Origin: Octopus vulgaris
Taxonomy: Eukaryota
Length of the DNA stretch: 64,000 nt
Assembly: GCA_951406725.2 (NCBI GenBank)
Contig: OX597819.1
Span: 124,496,001 to 124,560,000, forward strand
Direction: 5' to 3'
Under the pieces are notes generated by a model. It worked only from the letters and a program-made list of their open reading frames with translations, was not told the origin of the DNA and did not search any database. Below, piece by piece: positions 1-11,100 of the stretch (within the stretch, counting starts at the first letter, position 1; each line of letters opens with the position of its first letter). A program made the position numbers and the translations under genes.

Positions 1-216
1 AATAAAACACAAAATAAATAATTTTTTTTTACTCAAAGTAAATAATTTTTGTTAAACAAAGTAAATAAAACACAAAAACACAAAGTAAATAATTTTTTAA
101 ACTAAGTAAATAAAGCACAAAAACACAAAGTAAGGATCGACTAGTCATGACTAGCTAGCGCGAATACGCGAGTACGCGCGTGCGCGCACCGGGACCATTG
201 TTCGCTAGTAGTACCC
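1..216. mobile_element. Right half of a non-autonomous TIR element (same family as 6972-7612)
   Basis: GGATCGACTAGTCATGACTAGCTAGCGCG...GGGACCATTGTTCGCTAGTAGTACCC matches the arms at 6972-7055 (inverted) and 7118-7189 (direct); preceded by the same AT-rich AAAACACAAA subrepeats. Confidence 0.75.
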
Positions 217-510
217 ACAGGTGTACACCCAACCCCAATTTCGTTTCCTCATAACTTCCATAAAAAAAAGAAAACCTATTCTTTCATGGAATTTTCTACA
301 AAAACGCTTCCGATGGTAGAGATTTCAATTATGTCGATATTTGTAGCCAATTTTTTTTCTTTCCCAGGGCGAGGAGAGGAGTTTCGAAAATTTCACACGA
401 ACCAGCATTGTTTTCTCATAGATATCAGAAAAATGGGTATTTTTTAAAGAAAATTTCCACCTGAAATACTTTTCAGATCATGTAGATTACGATTTATATT
501 TTATACCTTT

Positions 511-822
511 TAAGGCGGCAAGCTGGCAGAATCGTTAGCACGCCGGGCGAAATGCGTAGCCGTATTTCGTCTGCCTAAACACTCTACTTGGGTCCTCATC
601 CAGTCCACTCAACCTCTCCTCATAGATCTCGCAACCACCCCCTTTGCATGATTCTTCATGTTATTATACCTCAGTTCTGAGTTCAAATTCCGCCGAGGTC
701 GACTTTGCCTTTCATCCTTTCGGGGTCAATAAATTAAGTACCAGTTACGCACTGGTGTCGATGTAATCGACTTAATCCGTTCGTCTGTCCTTGTTTAGCC
801 TCTTGTGGGCAATAAAGAAATA
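511..822 (+). mobile_element. SINE family B copy with a ~95 bp foreign insert (~576-673)
   Basis: AAGGCGGCRAGCTGGCAGAA head, GAGTTCAAATTCC B-box-like motif, CCTTTCATCCTTTCGGGGTCGATAAATTAAGTACCAG core, TAAAGAAATA end; more than 10 copies in the window. Confidence 0.85.
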
Positions 823-834
823 TATACCTTATAC

Positions 835-1067
835 CTATTTCTTTATTACCCACAAGGGGCTAAACACAGAGGGGACAAACAAGGACAGACATAGGTATTA
901 AGTCGATTTCATCGACCCCAGTGCGTAACTGGTACTTAATTTATCGACCCCGAAAGGATGAAAGACAAAGTCGACCTCGGCGGAATTTGAACTCACAACG
1001 TAACGCAGACGAAATACCGCTAAGCATTTCGCCCAGCGTGCTAACGATTATGCCAGCTCACCGCCTT
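835..1067 (-). mobile_element. SINE family B, full length, with TSD TATATACCTTATACCT
   Basis: Reverse complement of the family B consensus; the duplication flanks both ends. Confidence 0.85.
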
Positions 1068-1953
1068 TATATACCTTATACCTTTTATTTGTTTCAGTCA
1101 TTAGACTGCGGCCATGCTGGAGCACCGCCTACTCGACTCCGGTAGTTATTGTCTTTTTAAGCCTGGTACTTATTCTATTTGTTGTCAAGCGGTGGTGGGG
1201 ACAAACACAAAGACACACACATACGACGGGCTTCTTTCAGTTTCCGTCAACCAAATCCACTCACAAGGCATTGGTCAGCTTGAAGCTATAGTAGAAGACA
1301 GGAATTTCTTTTGACCTGAAGAGCTAGCTTAGTACTTACATTAAGTTAAAGATTGTATATATATATATATATATTAATGCAGACATATTAATTATGTATA
1401 TATATATTAAAGGTTGTATATCATCATCATCATCATCATCATTTAGCGTCCGTTTTCCATGCTAGCATGGGTTGGACGGTTCAACTGGCAGTGTTTCTAC
1501 GGCTGGATGCCCTTCCTAACGCCATATATATATATATCAATAAATGTTTATTAAGCCGTGGAACAATTAATTGTCATATAAGAATTTCCAGTGGTAGAAT
1601 AAATTTTATCTAAGTATATTTCTTATTATATATAATTTTATACACTCCTTATATTCTCTTTTGCATTGTACTATGTATTCTACATTTTGTAGAATGATAT
1701 GTTGAGGAGGTTTTTTTATGAGTACCATTGGATTAGTTGAATCCCATCAGATTGTGGCCGTTTGCCAGCCTCGTCTGGCACCTGTGCCGGTGGCATGCAA
1801 AAGCACCCACTACACTCACGGAGTGGTTGGCGTTAGGAAGGGCATCCAGCCGTAGAAACATTGCCAGATCAGACTGGGCCTGGTGCAGCCTTCTGGCTTC
1901 CCAGACCCCAGTTGAACCGTCCAACCCATGCTAGCATGGAAAGCGGATGCTAA

Positions 1954-1985
<32 letters not shown>

Positions 1986-2065
1986 AGATTCAGATGAATA
2001 TGATACTTAATTTAAAGGCACCAGAATTTGGTATGGTATTATCCATATAAATGAAATGGGGTGAT

Positions 2066-2265
2066 TATAATCAAAATAAGCAACAAGGATATCCGAGGTA
2101 GTGTAGTACAATTGTTTCATGCTACTTCATTTTATTAAACACTGTAAGTATTACATCAGTTTTAAAATGTCGAGCAATCTTCAGCCATGTGTTTAATAAA
2201 ATGAAGTAGCATGAAACAATTGTACTACACTATCTTGGATATCCTTGTTGCTTATTTTGATTATA
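2066..2265. repeat. Inverted repeat, ~77 bp arms, ~46 nt loop
   Basis: 2066-2142 is the reverse complement of 2189-2265 with 2 mismatches. Confidence 0.9.
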
Positions 2266-2488
2266 TATATATACAAACAACTTGTTTGAAATCTCTGAGT
2301 GAGAGATATAAAGTAACAGTACTGAATACTGAAGTTTATATCCCAACAGAATGTGGCAGTCCTATAAAGGATGATGTTACTGTTGTTTTAGTCCCAGGAA
2401 AACATCTTTTCCAGCCGGCCATCGATACACAGTCTGTGTCCGTATAGCATTTGCAAGGAAGGTTATTGCTCCCATCTCTTACGTGATA

Positions 2489-2533
2489 CTCACAGACCCA
2501 GGTTTCTGAGTGGTTACCTATCCTCAGTGTGAG
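2489..2533 (-). ncRNA. Minimal type I hammerhead ribozyme motif (one stem II mismatch)
   Basis: Reverse complement reads CTCACA-CTGAGGA-TAGGT aacc ACTCA-GAAAC ctgg GTC-TGTGAG. Confidence 0.7.
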
Positions 2534-2940
2534 AAAACCACAAGCTAGCAGCAAAAGCTCTCTCCACCACTTCCAAATACTATATATTCTTTAAGCAACA
2601 CACAGTCGCTGATCTCCTATAGAGAAAAACAATTTGTTTTAAATCTCTGAGTGAGAGATATACACTAACAGTACCGAACAGTAAAGTTTATATGCCAGCA
2701 GAATGTTGCAGTCCTATAAAGATGTTTTCCTGGAGTAAAACAACAGTAACATTGTTTTTCATAAGACTGCAACATCCTGTTGGCATATAAATTTTACTAT
2801 TCGGTACTTTTAGTGTATATCTCTTGTTCTGAGTTTTAAACAAATTGTTTTTCTCTATAAGAGATCAGCGACTGTGGGTTGCTTAAAGAATATATAGTAT
2901 TTGCAAGTGGAGAGAGCTTTCATCGTTAGCTTGTGGTTTT

Positions 2941-2985
2941 CTCACACTGAGGATGGGTAACCACTCAGAAACCTGGGTCTGTGAG
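2941..2985 (+). ncRNA. Minimal type I hammerhead ribozyme motif
   Basis: Stem I CTCACA/TGTGAG, core CTGAGGA, stem II TGGGT-aacc-ACTCA, GAAAC, short stem III, GTC cleavage triplet. Confidence 0.8.
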
Positions 2986-3165
2986 TATCACGTAAGAGAT
3001 GGGAGCAATAACCTCCCTTGCAAATGCTATACGGACACAGACTGTGTATCGATGGCCAGCTGGAAAAGATGTTTTCCTGGGACTAAAACAACAGTAACAT
3101 CATCCTTTATAGGACTGCCACATTCTGTTGGCATATAAACTTTACTATATATATATATATATATA

Positions 3166-4646
3166 GCAGCATAATAGTCAATGACTACAAAGGTAAAGGT
3201 GACGCTTTAGATACAAATAATTACAGAGGTATCAAGCTGTTGGATCAGGTAATGAAGGTCACGGAGAGGGTCATAGCCCAACTAATTAGGGAGAGAGTCA
3301 GTTTGGATGAGATGCAGTTTGGTTTCGTGCCAGGGAAAAGCACTACTGATGCTATATTCCTGGTAAGACAGCTGCAGGAGAAATACCTAGCCAAAGATAA
3401 GCCCCTGTACCTGGCTTTTGTTGACATGGAGAAAGCCTTTGACAGGGTTCCCCGATCCCTTATCTGTTGGTGAATGAGGAAACTAGGGATAGATAAATAG
3501 TTAGTGAGAGCCGTGCAAACCATGTACAGGGACACTGTGAGTAAAGTGAGGGTTGGTAACGTGTACACTGAAGAATTCCGGGTAGAGGTAGGGGTCCACC
3601 AAGGCTCAGTCCTCAGCCCCCTCCTATTTATCATAGTCCTCCAGGCAATAACGGAGGAATTCAAGACAGGATGCCCCTGGGAGCTCCTCTATGCTGATGA
3701 CCTTGCTCTAATTGCTGAGTCACTATCAGAACTAGAGGAGAAGTTTCAAGTGTGGAAACAAGGATTAGAATCGAAGGGCCTTAGAATCAGCCTAGCTAAA
3801 ACCAAAGTCCTAATAAGAAGGAAGGCAGGCAAACCACAAATCCCTTCAGGTAGATGGCCCTGCTCGATCTGTGGTAGAGGCGTAGGTAGAAACTCTATAA
3901 GATGTAGCCATTGTAAGCTAAGGACACATAAGAGGTGCAGCAATATCAAAGGAAGGCTAACTGGGAGGATAGTTTTTGTATGTGGCAGATGCTCAGGAGC
4001 GATAAACACTGAAAATGCTCAGAGAACAACTTCCACCACATTCCAGGGAGAAAAACTAGAAGTAGTTGATAGCTTCCATTACCTAGGTGACCAAGTGAGT
4101 AGCAGGGGAGGGTGCACTGAAAGTGTAGCTGCTAGAATAAGAATAGCCTGGGCAAAGTTCAGAGAGCTCTTACCCCTACTGGTGACAAAGGGCCTCTCAC
4201 TCAGAGTAAAAAGTAGACTGTATGATGCATGTGTACGAACAGCCATGCTACATGGCAGTGAAACATGGGCTGTGACTGCTGGGAACATGCGTAAGTTCGC
4301 AAGGAATGAAGCCAGTATGATCTGATGGATGTGTAATGTCAGTGTGCATACTCGACAGAGTGTAAGTACCTTGAGAGAAAAGTTGGACCTAAGAAGCATC
4401 AGATGTGGTGTGCAAGAGAGACGACTACGCTGGTATGGTCATGTGACGAGAATGGATGAGGATAGCTGTGTAAAAAAGTGCCACACCCTGGCGGTTGAGG
4501 GAACCTGTGGAAGAGGTAGATCTAGGAAGACTTGGGATGAAGTAGTGAAGCACGACCTTCGAACATTAGGCCTCACCAAGGAAATGACTAGCGACCGAGA
4601 CTTTTGGAAATATGCTGTGCTTGAGAAGACTTGGCAACCCAAATAA
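3166..4646 (+). pseudogene. RTE reverse transcriptase ORF with 3 premature stops and an internal Cys/His PHD-like finger
   Basis: ORFs 3240-3473, 3504-4325 and 4329-4646 share a frame; stops at 3471, 3498 and 4323. Confidence 0.9.
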
Positions 4647-5308
4647 AACCATAACCTTGTGGCCTATGCCAGGGGCATAACTAGCCCACTTATGCGTACC
4701 TTTTCCTTCTTCGGACACTAAACTCTGCTCGCGAAGACCTGTTGAGGCAAGTGAAATCAAATTCGATGACTGGCATCCGTACTAGCGGGCTGCAAAGAGC
4801 ATCATACGAGTGTGATCATTGACAGAGCAGCTAACTGGCTTCAGTGCCAGTGGCACATAAAAGTTACCATTTGAGTGTGATCGTTACCAGCGTTGCCTTA
4901 CTGGCACTTGAGCCATGTGCTAGTAGGATGCTAAGAGCACCATCCAAGTGTGATCATTACCAGAGCTGCTAACTGGCTTCCATGCCGGTGGCATGTAAAA
5001 CACCATTTGAGCGTGATTGTCACCAGCATTGTCTTATTGGCACCTGTGCCGGTGGAATGTGTAAAAAGATTCGAGCGAGGTCATTGCCAGTACTGCCTGA
5101 CTGGCCCCCGTGCCGGTGGCATGTAAAAAGCACCCACTACACTCTCAGAGTGGTTGGCTTTAGGAAGGGCATCCAGCTGTAGAAACTCTGCCAGATCAAG
5201 ACTGGAGCCTGGTGCAGCCATCTGGTTCGCCAGCCCTCAGTCAAATCGTCCAACCTATGCTAGCATGGAAAGCGGATGTTAAACGATGATGATGATGATG
5301 ATGATGAT
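3166..5308 (+). mobile_element. 5'-truncated RTE-clade LINE (RT region, 3'UTR, (GAT)n tail)
   Basis: One frame with NYRGIKL, QFGF, AFVDMEKAFDRV, GVHQGSVLSPLLF, LLYADD, LRWYGHV..M, RGRSRKTW; UTR with GTGCCGGTGGCAYGTAAAAAGCACC subrepeats. Confidence 0.93.
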
Positions 5309-5325
5309 CTAAATATATATATATA

Positions 5326-5703
5326 TATAATACAAATAAGAAAATGGAGAAACAAATTCACTTTGTTCATCAACTTTCGGATATCATAATGTTAGATTAT
5401 TTATTCATTTTACAAATGAGAACATCAAAAGCAAACAAAAATATTATATAAATCAATAGATAAGATAATAATACAAATACAGATTTTAAAAGTCATATTA
5501 TAAGTTAATGAAATCCTTCATTAATTTATAATATGACTTTTAAAATCTGTATTTGTATTATTATCTTATCTATTGATTTATATAATGTTTTTGTTTGCTT
5601 TTGATGTTCTCATTTGTAAAATGAATAAATAATCTAACATTATGATATCCGAAAGTTGATGAACAAAGTGAATTTGTTTCTCCATTTTCCTATTTGTATT
5701 ATA
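5326..5703. repeat. Near-perfect palindrome, ~187 bp arms, 4-nt loop (5513-5516)
   Basis: Arms are reverse complements with about 3 mismatches. Confidence 0.93.
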
Positions 5704-5872
5704 AATTTACAGTAAAAATATTTCTTTACCTTCACCCGTTTAATACAATAAATCAATTAATTGCATTGCAATTTAAAACATTTATGTATTAAGAATTTGG
5801 GTACTTTACCAACAGTATATTGGATAAATGATATCTCATAGTGTGTTACACCCATAACCCCTATCTGACTTT

Positions 5873-6045
<173 letters not shown>

Positions 6046-6469
6046 TTAAGTAAGTAATCTTATTTATTTACTTATTTATACTTATATACTTGTAATTTAT
6101 TTTGACAAACATTGTGATATATAAGGAGTAGCTATATTTATAAATGGGGGAAAGTAGACCTGAGGATTGGGAGTGTGTAAACAGAATGCATTTTTGAATG
6201 AGACTTTATGTCTTAATACCATACGTACCCTCATGAAACACATGTAGTCCGTATTATGGAAAATTTGGGGATTATGAATATAAATAGTAACTATATTATT
6301 TGACATTTTATGGCTTGGTTGAATTAAATTCGTTGTTGATGAAGTTGTGGGTGTTTCTATCTCTTACAATATTTTGATATATATGAATTATTGAGAGTAA
6401 TTCAATTAGATAATTTAAATTTGAATGTCTCATTCATATTATATATATATATATATACGTTTATATAGT

Positions 6470-6600
6470 TAATCCAAACAAGAAAATAAAAAAAAACACA
6501 ACAACGCGAGGACGTGGAACAAATATAGTATTATTGGACGCTCAGGAAAGAAGGAAAGAAGGAGGGTTTAACGTTTCGAGCGGAGCTCTTCGTCGGAAAC
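6470..6600 (-). mobile_element. Penelope-type pLTR remnant in (TA)n with a variant hammerhead-like motif
   Basis: Reverse complement GTTT-CCGACGA-a-GAGC tcc GCTC-GAAACGTT-AAAC; related to 38561-38690. Confidence 0.5.
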
Positions 6601-6617
6601 ATAATATATATATATAT

Positions 6618-6683
<66 letters not shown>

Positions 6684-6864
6684 CAGCAGCACAATGGGGT
6701 GAGAGGATGGGGCTGCTGAGGGGAAGGCCACATTGCTACTAAAACTATGACACACACACACGCACACAAACAAGGACACAAACTCACGCGTACATAAGGA
6801 TACACACATTAGATGAACAGAATGGAGTAAGTGGAGGAAGAAAAACACGTACGAAAACGAAAAG

Positions 6865-6909
6865 TGTCGCTGAAGAGGTCACAGATGTGTGACGAAAGAT
6901 TTCCGTACA
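6865..6909 (+). ncRNA. Minimal hammerhead-like motif
   Basis: TGTCG-CTGAAGA-g-GTCACA gatg TGTGAC-GAAA gat TTC-CGtACA; AATAAA about 30 nt downstream. Confidence 0.55.
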
Positions 6910-6971
6910 GTGGACATGAGTTAAAATTTTTTAAAAAAGTAATAAACGAGTGAAGAAAAAACATATAGTGC

Positions 6972-7612
6972 GGGTACTACTTGAGAACAGCGGTCCCGGT
7001 GCGGGCGCTCGCCTAGTCGCGCATCCGCGCTAGCTAGTCATGACTAGTCGATCCTTACTTTGTGTTTTTGTGTTTTATTTATTTTGTGTTTTATTTACTT
7101 TGCTAGGTAGTCGTTGTAGGATCGACTAGTCACGACTATCTAGCGCGAATGCGCGACTGCGCGCACCGGGACCACTGTTCGCTAGTAGTGGATCTTTTCG
7201 TTTTGAATGACAGTTTTTTAAAAATAATTTCCACGTAACTAAACACTTTTAAACTTCGTATACTAGTAGAATGTGTTTATAAAACATCTTTTTTTCTTGG
7301 CTTTATTGAGAAAATTCTATGGTTTGTAAGATATTTGTTGCTTTTTTTCTTCAATTTCTGCAATTTCAACCAATCAGTGACGTCTATTGAGGTGAAAACA
7401 TTCTGTGTCGTATGAATATGTCCCTCGTTTAAGAAACAGATTGGGTTTATTTACATTTCTGAAGAAAAAAAGATACCCTTCCCTCCATCCCTAACCCTAA
7501 AACAGATTGAGATGCAATAGATCGATACTAGGGTCATAATTATGGGTGACAATTTCATATGACACCGCTAGAAAAAACTACCGTTCAAACCGAAAAGATC
7601 CCAAGGAGTACC
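6972..7612. mobile_element. Non-autonomous TIR element with 8-bp TSD (hAT-like), interrupted by a MITE
   Basis: TSD TATAGTGC at 6964-6971 and 7613-7620; ends GGGTACTACTTG / CAAGGAGTACC; long internal inverted arms. Confidence 0.75.
7190..7601. mobile_element. MITE (~410 bp) with GGATCTTTTCGGTTTGAACGG TIRs
   Basis: ~29 bp TIRs at both ends; internal TAACCC repeats; second copy at 7958. Confidence 0.88.
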
Positions 7613-7957
7613 TATAGTGCGTGTGTTTATCTGGCAAAAAAAAAAAAAAAAGACCGTCCCGAAGTACAAGAATATCGGTTTCAACACCTGATTTCACATC
7701 AGGAATATTACAACACAAATTGATAATCGTATTTAGGAATTGTTTTCTTGAAATGTGCAGGTCTAAGGTTTTTTTACTATTGAAGGCGACAAGATTGGTT
7801 TGGTCACATTAAAGGACGTTTCTGTAGTCTCCATAGAATCTGTGTAGGTTTGATGTGTGATGTCTAGGTTGCATTATAGAAAAACGAAAGGTAGTATCAT
7901 CATCCCTGGTGCTGTCCCAAACCGATCACTGCCTTGTGAGTGAATTTAGCAGATGGC

Positions 7958-8487
7958 GGATCTTTTCGGTTTGAACGGCAGTTTTTTAAAATAATTTCCA
8001 CGTAACTAAACACTTTTAAACTTCGTATACTGGTAGACTGTGTTTATAAAACATCTTTTTCTCTTGGCTTTATTGAGAAAAGTCTATGGTTTGTAAGATA
8101 TTTGTTGGTTTTTTTCAATTTCTGAAATTTCAACCAATCAATGACGTCTATTGAGGTGAAAACATTCTGTGCCGTATGAATATGTCCCTCGTTTAAGAAA
8201 CAGATTGGGTTTATTTACATTTCTGAAGAAAAAAAGATACCCTTCCCTCCACTCCTAACCCTAACCCTAACTCTAACCCTAAAACAAATTGAAATGCAAT
8301 AGATCGATACTAGGGTTATAATTATGGGTGACAATTTCATATGACACCGCTAGAAAAAACTGCTGTTCAAACCGAAAAGATCAAAAAAAAAAAGCAACAA
8401 ATATCTTACAAACCATATACGAAGTTTAAAAGTGTTTAGTTACGTGGAAATTATTTAAAAAAACTGCCGTTCAAACCGAAAAGATCC
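7958..8487. mobile_element. Second GGATC-MITE (7958-8382) plus an inverted partial copy (8383-8487)
   Basis: High identity to 7190-7601; the composite is flanked by a 44-bp direct repeat. Confidence 0.85.
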
Positions 8488-9154
8488 GTAGTCCCAAACC
8501 GATCACTGCCTTGTGAGTGAATTTAGCAGATGGCAACTGCACGGAAGTTCGTCGTGTGTGTACATGCATCCTTGCGTTTATCTCTCACAGATTGATAACC
8601 AGTATTGGAAAAAAATTGGTAAAAAGAGACCAGTAGAATAAGTACAAACTTAACCTAAATCCTGGGGTCAATTTGATCAATCAAAACCTTCAAGACAGTG
8701 CTGCAACATGGCCGCAGTCCAATGACTGAAACAGAATAAAAGAAAGAATTCGAACAAACTGGAATACTTGCTGATATTTTTTTGTCCAAAAATTTTAGTC
8801 TTCTCTGAAAGCTAAGATTATGAACTGCTGCTCATATGCGTATCATTGAAATTACACTCAAACATGCAGCTGCAATCAGTACCTTTGGTCTATTCGGCCT
8901 TGAGTCTTAAGGTTAAACCACGCTCTCTTGCGAGAAAAGTTCTCTGATCTTCAAAATTTTCTTGCCTTTGAATTACAGTGAGATTTTCGTTAACATCCCC
9001 ACCAGAACTAGTACTGCAGTTGATGTTGGAAAAAGGAAAGCCTGTGAATAATGCAGTAAACAGAACTAGATTTTGAGTCCTCTATCTATTCCCGACCGTA
9101 TACTTCAATTACTTTTCTGGACTGTGAAAAGACCCTTTGAACGATATATCTATA

Positions 9155-9540
9155 TTACTCTTTTACTTGTTTCAGTCATTTGACTGCAGCCATGCTGGAG
9201 CACCGCCTTTAGTCGAGCAAATCGACCCCGGGACTTATTCTTTGTAAGCCCAGTACTTATTCTATCGTTCTCTTTTGCTGAACCGCTAAGTGACAGGGAC
9301 GTAAACATACCAGCATCGGTTGTCAAGCAATGCTAGGGGGACAAACATACAAACACACATACATATACATATATACGACAGGCTTCTTTCAGTTTCCGTC
9401 TACCAAATCCACTCACAAGGCATTGGTCGGCCCGGGGCTATAGCAGAAGACACTTGCCCAAGATGCCACGCAGTGGGACTGAACCCGGAACCATGTGGTT
9501 GGTTAGCAAGCTACTTACCACACAGCCACTCCTGCGCCTG
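9155..9540 (-). mobile_element. tRNA-derived SINE family A
   Basis: Head GGCGCAGGAGTGGCTGTGTGGTAAG (A box), GGTTCAGTCCC (B box), central (TA)/(TG) tract, tail GGCGGTGCTCCAGCATGGCCGCAGTC..GACTGAAAC(AAGTAAAAGAG)n. Other copies: 1085-1300-, 8491-8745+, 16657-17022-, 22339-22790+, 28620-29028+, 31130-31515+, 33662-34105+, 40068-40610+, 41070-41270-, 50630-50830-, 51117-51523-, 58681-59045-. Confidence 0.9.
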
Positions 9541-9697
9541 TATATTGTATACTGTTTTAATGTGGACACTCTGAAAGACCTTTAAGGATCCAATGTAGGA
9601 GTTCATCCTTGGTCGAAGTGAACCATTGACGAAGATCATTGAGTTTTGTCATTCCTGTGATTCCCGCATCCGAAAATTCATATACTGTTGCTTCAGT

Positions 9698-10035
9698 CTG
9701 ATACGATACGTCCGAAACGTGGTCCTTTGCTATTCGTAAGACCCGCAGAAGAGAAAGCAGGTGAACCCCCGACACCGAGAGCACCGATGGATGGATGAAT
9801 GCGCATCCAGGCTCAGCGGTTGCGTAGGAAGTCGGGGACAAGAAACAGGAAGAAAGAGTGAGAGAAAGTTGGGGCGGAAAGAGTACAACAGGGGTCGCCA
9901 CCACCCCCTGCCGGAGCCTCGTGGAGCTTTAGGTGTTTTCGCTCAATAAACATACACAACGCCCGGTCTGGGAATCGAAACCGCGATCCTACGACCGCGA
10001 GTCCGCTGCCCTAACCACCGGGCCATTGCGCCTTC
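9698..10035 (-). mobile_element. tRNA-derived SINE family C (tail type 1), TSD ACTGTTGCTTCAGT
   Basis: Head GGCGCAATGGCCCGGTGGTTAGGGCAGCGGACTCGCGG..GGTTTCGATTCCC; 14-bp TSD at 9684-9697 and 10036-10049. Confidence 0.88.
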
Positions 10036-10251
10036 ACTGTTGCTTCAGTAGCAGGGCTGCTGAGCTATAATTTTCTGATCACCTTCGATTTCTAGAACCT
10101 TATTTTGAAGTTGTTCTCCAAGCTCCTACTTACCGTTTCTTTTCTAACGTCTGCTCTGAGATGTTCAATTTATTGTTAGTCAAGAATTAGATAAAATTTA
10201 TGCGTAAAAAGATTTCTTATTATCCATCATAAACTGCGAGCAGGGTACAAA

Positions 10252-11100
10252 TTGTTGTCCTTAAATGCTCGCAGTTTATGCAACAAAATACATTTGTTCA
10301 ACGCCTACGTCAGAAGTGTTGACCCTGACTTCATCACTGTCACGGAAACATGGGCGCATTCCTTACTCTGTGATGGGGTTTTCAACATTACGGGGTACAA
10401 CCTCTTCCGTAAGGACCGCACTAACCGCCGTGGTGGTGGTGTGATGGTCTACATTCGTTCAAATTTTTTGGTAATTCCTTGTGCCGATTTGAACGAATCA
10501 CAAGAAGAAGTTTTTTTCTGTGACGTGCGTATGACCATGTCAACACTCCTGCTTGGCGTTGTTTATCGTCCCCCAAGTTACCATCGGGACACACAGCTTT
10601 GCAATGTCCTCCGAGCTGCTGCCAGGAAAACAGCCACTTATGTGTTTATTGCAGGCGATTTCAATCATCCTGAGATCGATTGGGAGACCTTCCATTGGCC
10701 ACAGAGTGCAAACGATTTTGTTGAGCTTGTGCTGGACTCAAACTGGTCACAAGTAGTCACCTCTCCAACAAGGGGCGACAACACCTTGGACCTGCTCTTC
10801 ACCACAACTCCTGAAGCGGTTATCAACTGCACTACGGAGGAACCTCTAGGTGACTCTGATCATGCTATGATCATCGCCAATCTGGCTCTTGCGGGCAACA
10901 AAAACCTGAACCATCTCCAATCTGCTTCCTTCGATTGGAAGAGAGCAGATTGGAACCTGTACCACACTGAACTACAGCACCCAAACTGGCGTGAACTCTA
11001 CAACTCTGGAGATGTGAATACTATACTCCAGAGTATCCTGGACTCAATATGGGCAGCATGTGCAGCATCAGTGCCACGTAAACAAAAAAGAAGAACCGCC
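10252..11100 (+). CDS. APE-type endonuclease domain of LINE ORF2
   Basis: LNARSL, VTETW, RKDR..RRGGGV, VYRPP, GDFNHP.IDW, PTRG..TLDL, LGDSDH motifs. Confidence 0.92.

Larger units (their letters stand above)
2275..3147. mobile_element. Penelope-like pseudo-LTR array: partial tandem plus inverted copy of a ~350 bp unit
   Basis: 2275-2370 repeats directly at ~2627-2720; 2332-2725 is inverted at ~2762-3142; flanked by (TA)n; each unit carries a hammerhead motif. Confidence 0.7.

Noticed and set aside
11080-11092. Programmed -1 frameshift in the CR1 ORF2
   Set aside because: The A-run is not in X_XXY_YYZ phase with the endonuclease frame, and CR1 ORF2 is normally a single ORF
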